Below are positions 63,545 through 64,000 of a stretch of 64,000 bases of DNA, one piece after another. Origin of the DNA: Eledone cirrhosa (Eukaryota); NCBI GenBank assembly GCA_964016885.1, contig OZ024761.1:19468001-19532000 (forward strand). The letters run 5' to 3'. Positions within the stretch are counted from its first letter, which is position 1; each line of letters opens with the position of its first letter. Position numbers and translations under genes: made by a program. The notes beneath the pieces are model-generated. The model searched no databases, had not been told where the DNA came from, and saw only the letters and a list, made by a program, of their open reading frames with translations.

Positions 63545-64000
63545 ACAGTGGAGAGAGAGAGATATACAGAGAAAGGTGTAGAGAGACAGAGAGAGATATA
63601 TACAGAGGAAGGTGTAGAGAGAGAGAGATATATACAGAGGAAGGTGTAGAGAGAGAGAGAGAGAGAGATATACAGAGGAAGGTGTAGAGAGAGAGAGAGA
63701 TATATATACAGAGGAAGGTGTAGAGAGAGAGAGAGAGATATAGAGGAAGGTGTAGAGAGAGAGAGACAGACAGCCATCTACAGAGGAAGGTGTAGAGAGA
63801 GAGGGGGGAGACATATACAGAGGAAGGTGTAGAAAGAGAGATACTGATAAATAGAGGAAGTGACAGACAAAGAGATTAAGAGAGAGACAAACACAAACAG
63901 ATTTAGATAGAGAGAGAGGGGGACAGAGGGGGGTAGAGAGAGAGATGCAGATAGAGAGAGTGGGAGAGAGAAAGAGAGAGTGGGAGAGAGAAAGAGAGAG
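63545..64000. repeat. (GA)-rich minisatellite (gatatatacagaggaaggtgtagagagag)
   Basis: Tandem purine-rich units to the window end. Confidence 0.9.

Overview
Repeat-dense animal genomic DNA. The SINE families and microsatellite load suggest a coleoid cephalopod, probably an octopod (inference). Two spliced genes lie on the minus strand. (1) The first three coding exons of thymidylate kinase (DTYMK, 3669->951, continuing off the left edge), with an E2F/CHR/ETS promoter. (2) A KIAA0930 (C22orf9) homologue with nine well-supported exons (46537->18693) and a candidate upstream exon near 58.3 kb. Its introns hold a frame-coupled pair of candidate cassette exons (33300-33213/33217 and 32502-32456), the first encoding a polybasic + Cys-Cys motif, and a candidate alternative last exon (23247-23108). 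An 11.2-kb satellite of 142 x 79 bp, with no net indel and derived from a dispersed repeat, starts about 70 bp from the acceptor at 46537. The most unusual non-genic signal is a set of seven unrelated insertions in (TA)n tracts sharing an asymmetric fold-back layout (arm-spacer-inverted arm-tail). One contains a hammerhead ribozyme core, a neighbouring (TA)n-bounded island holds a second (Penelope-like signature), and another carries a complete tRNA-like cloverleaf with a non-eukaryotic anticodon. Also present: RTE LINE fragments, several SINE families, hAT, mariner-like and piggyBac-like MITEs, and many minisatellites. Nearly all long ORFs in the supplied track are microsatellite artefacts. 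All calls were made by eye; no database search was run.
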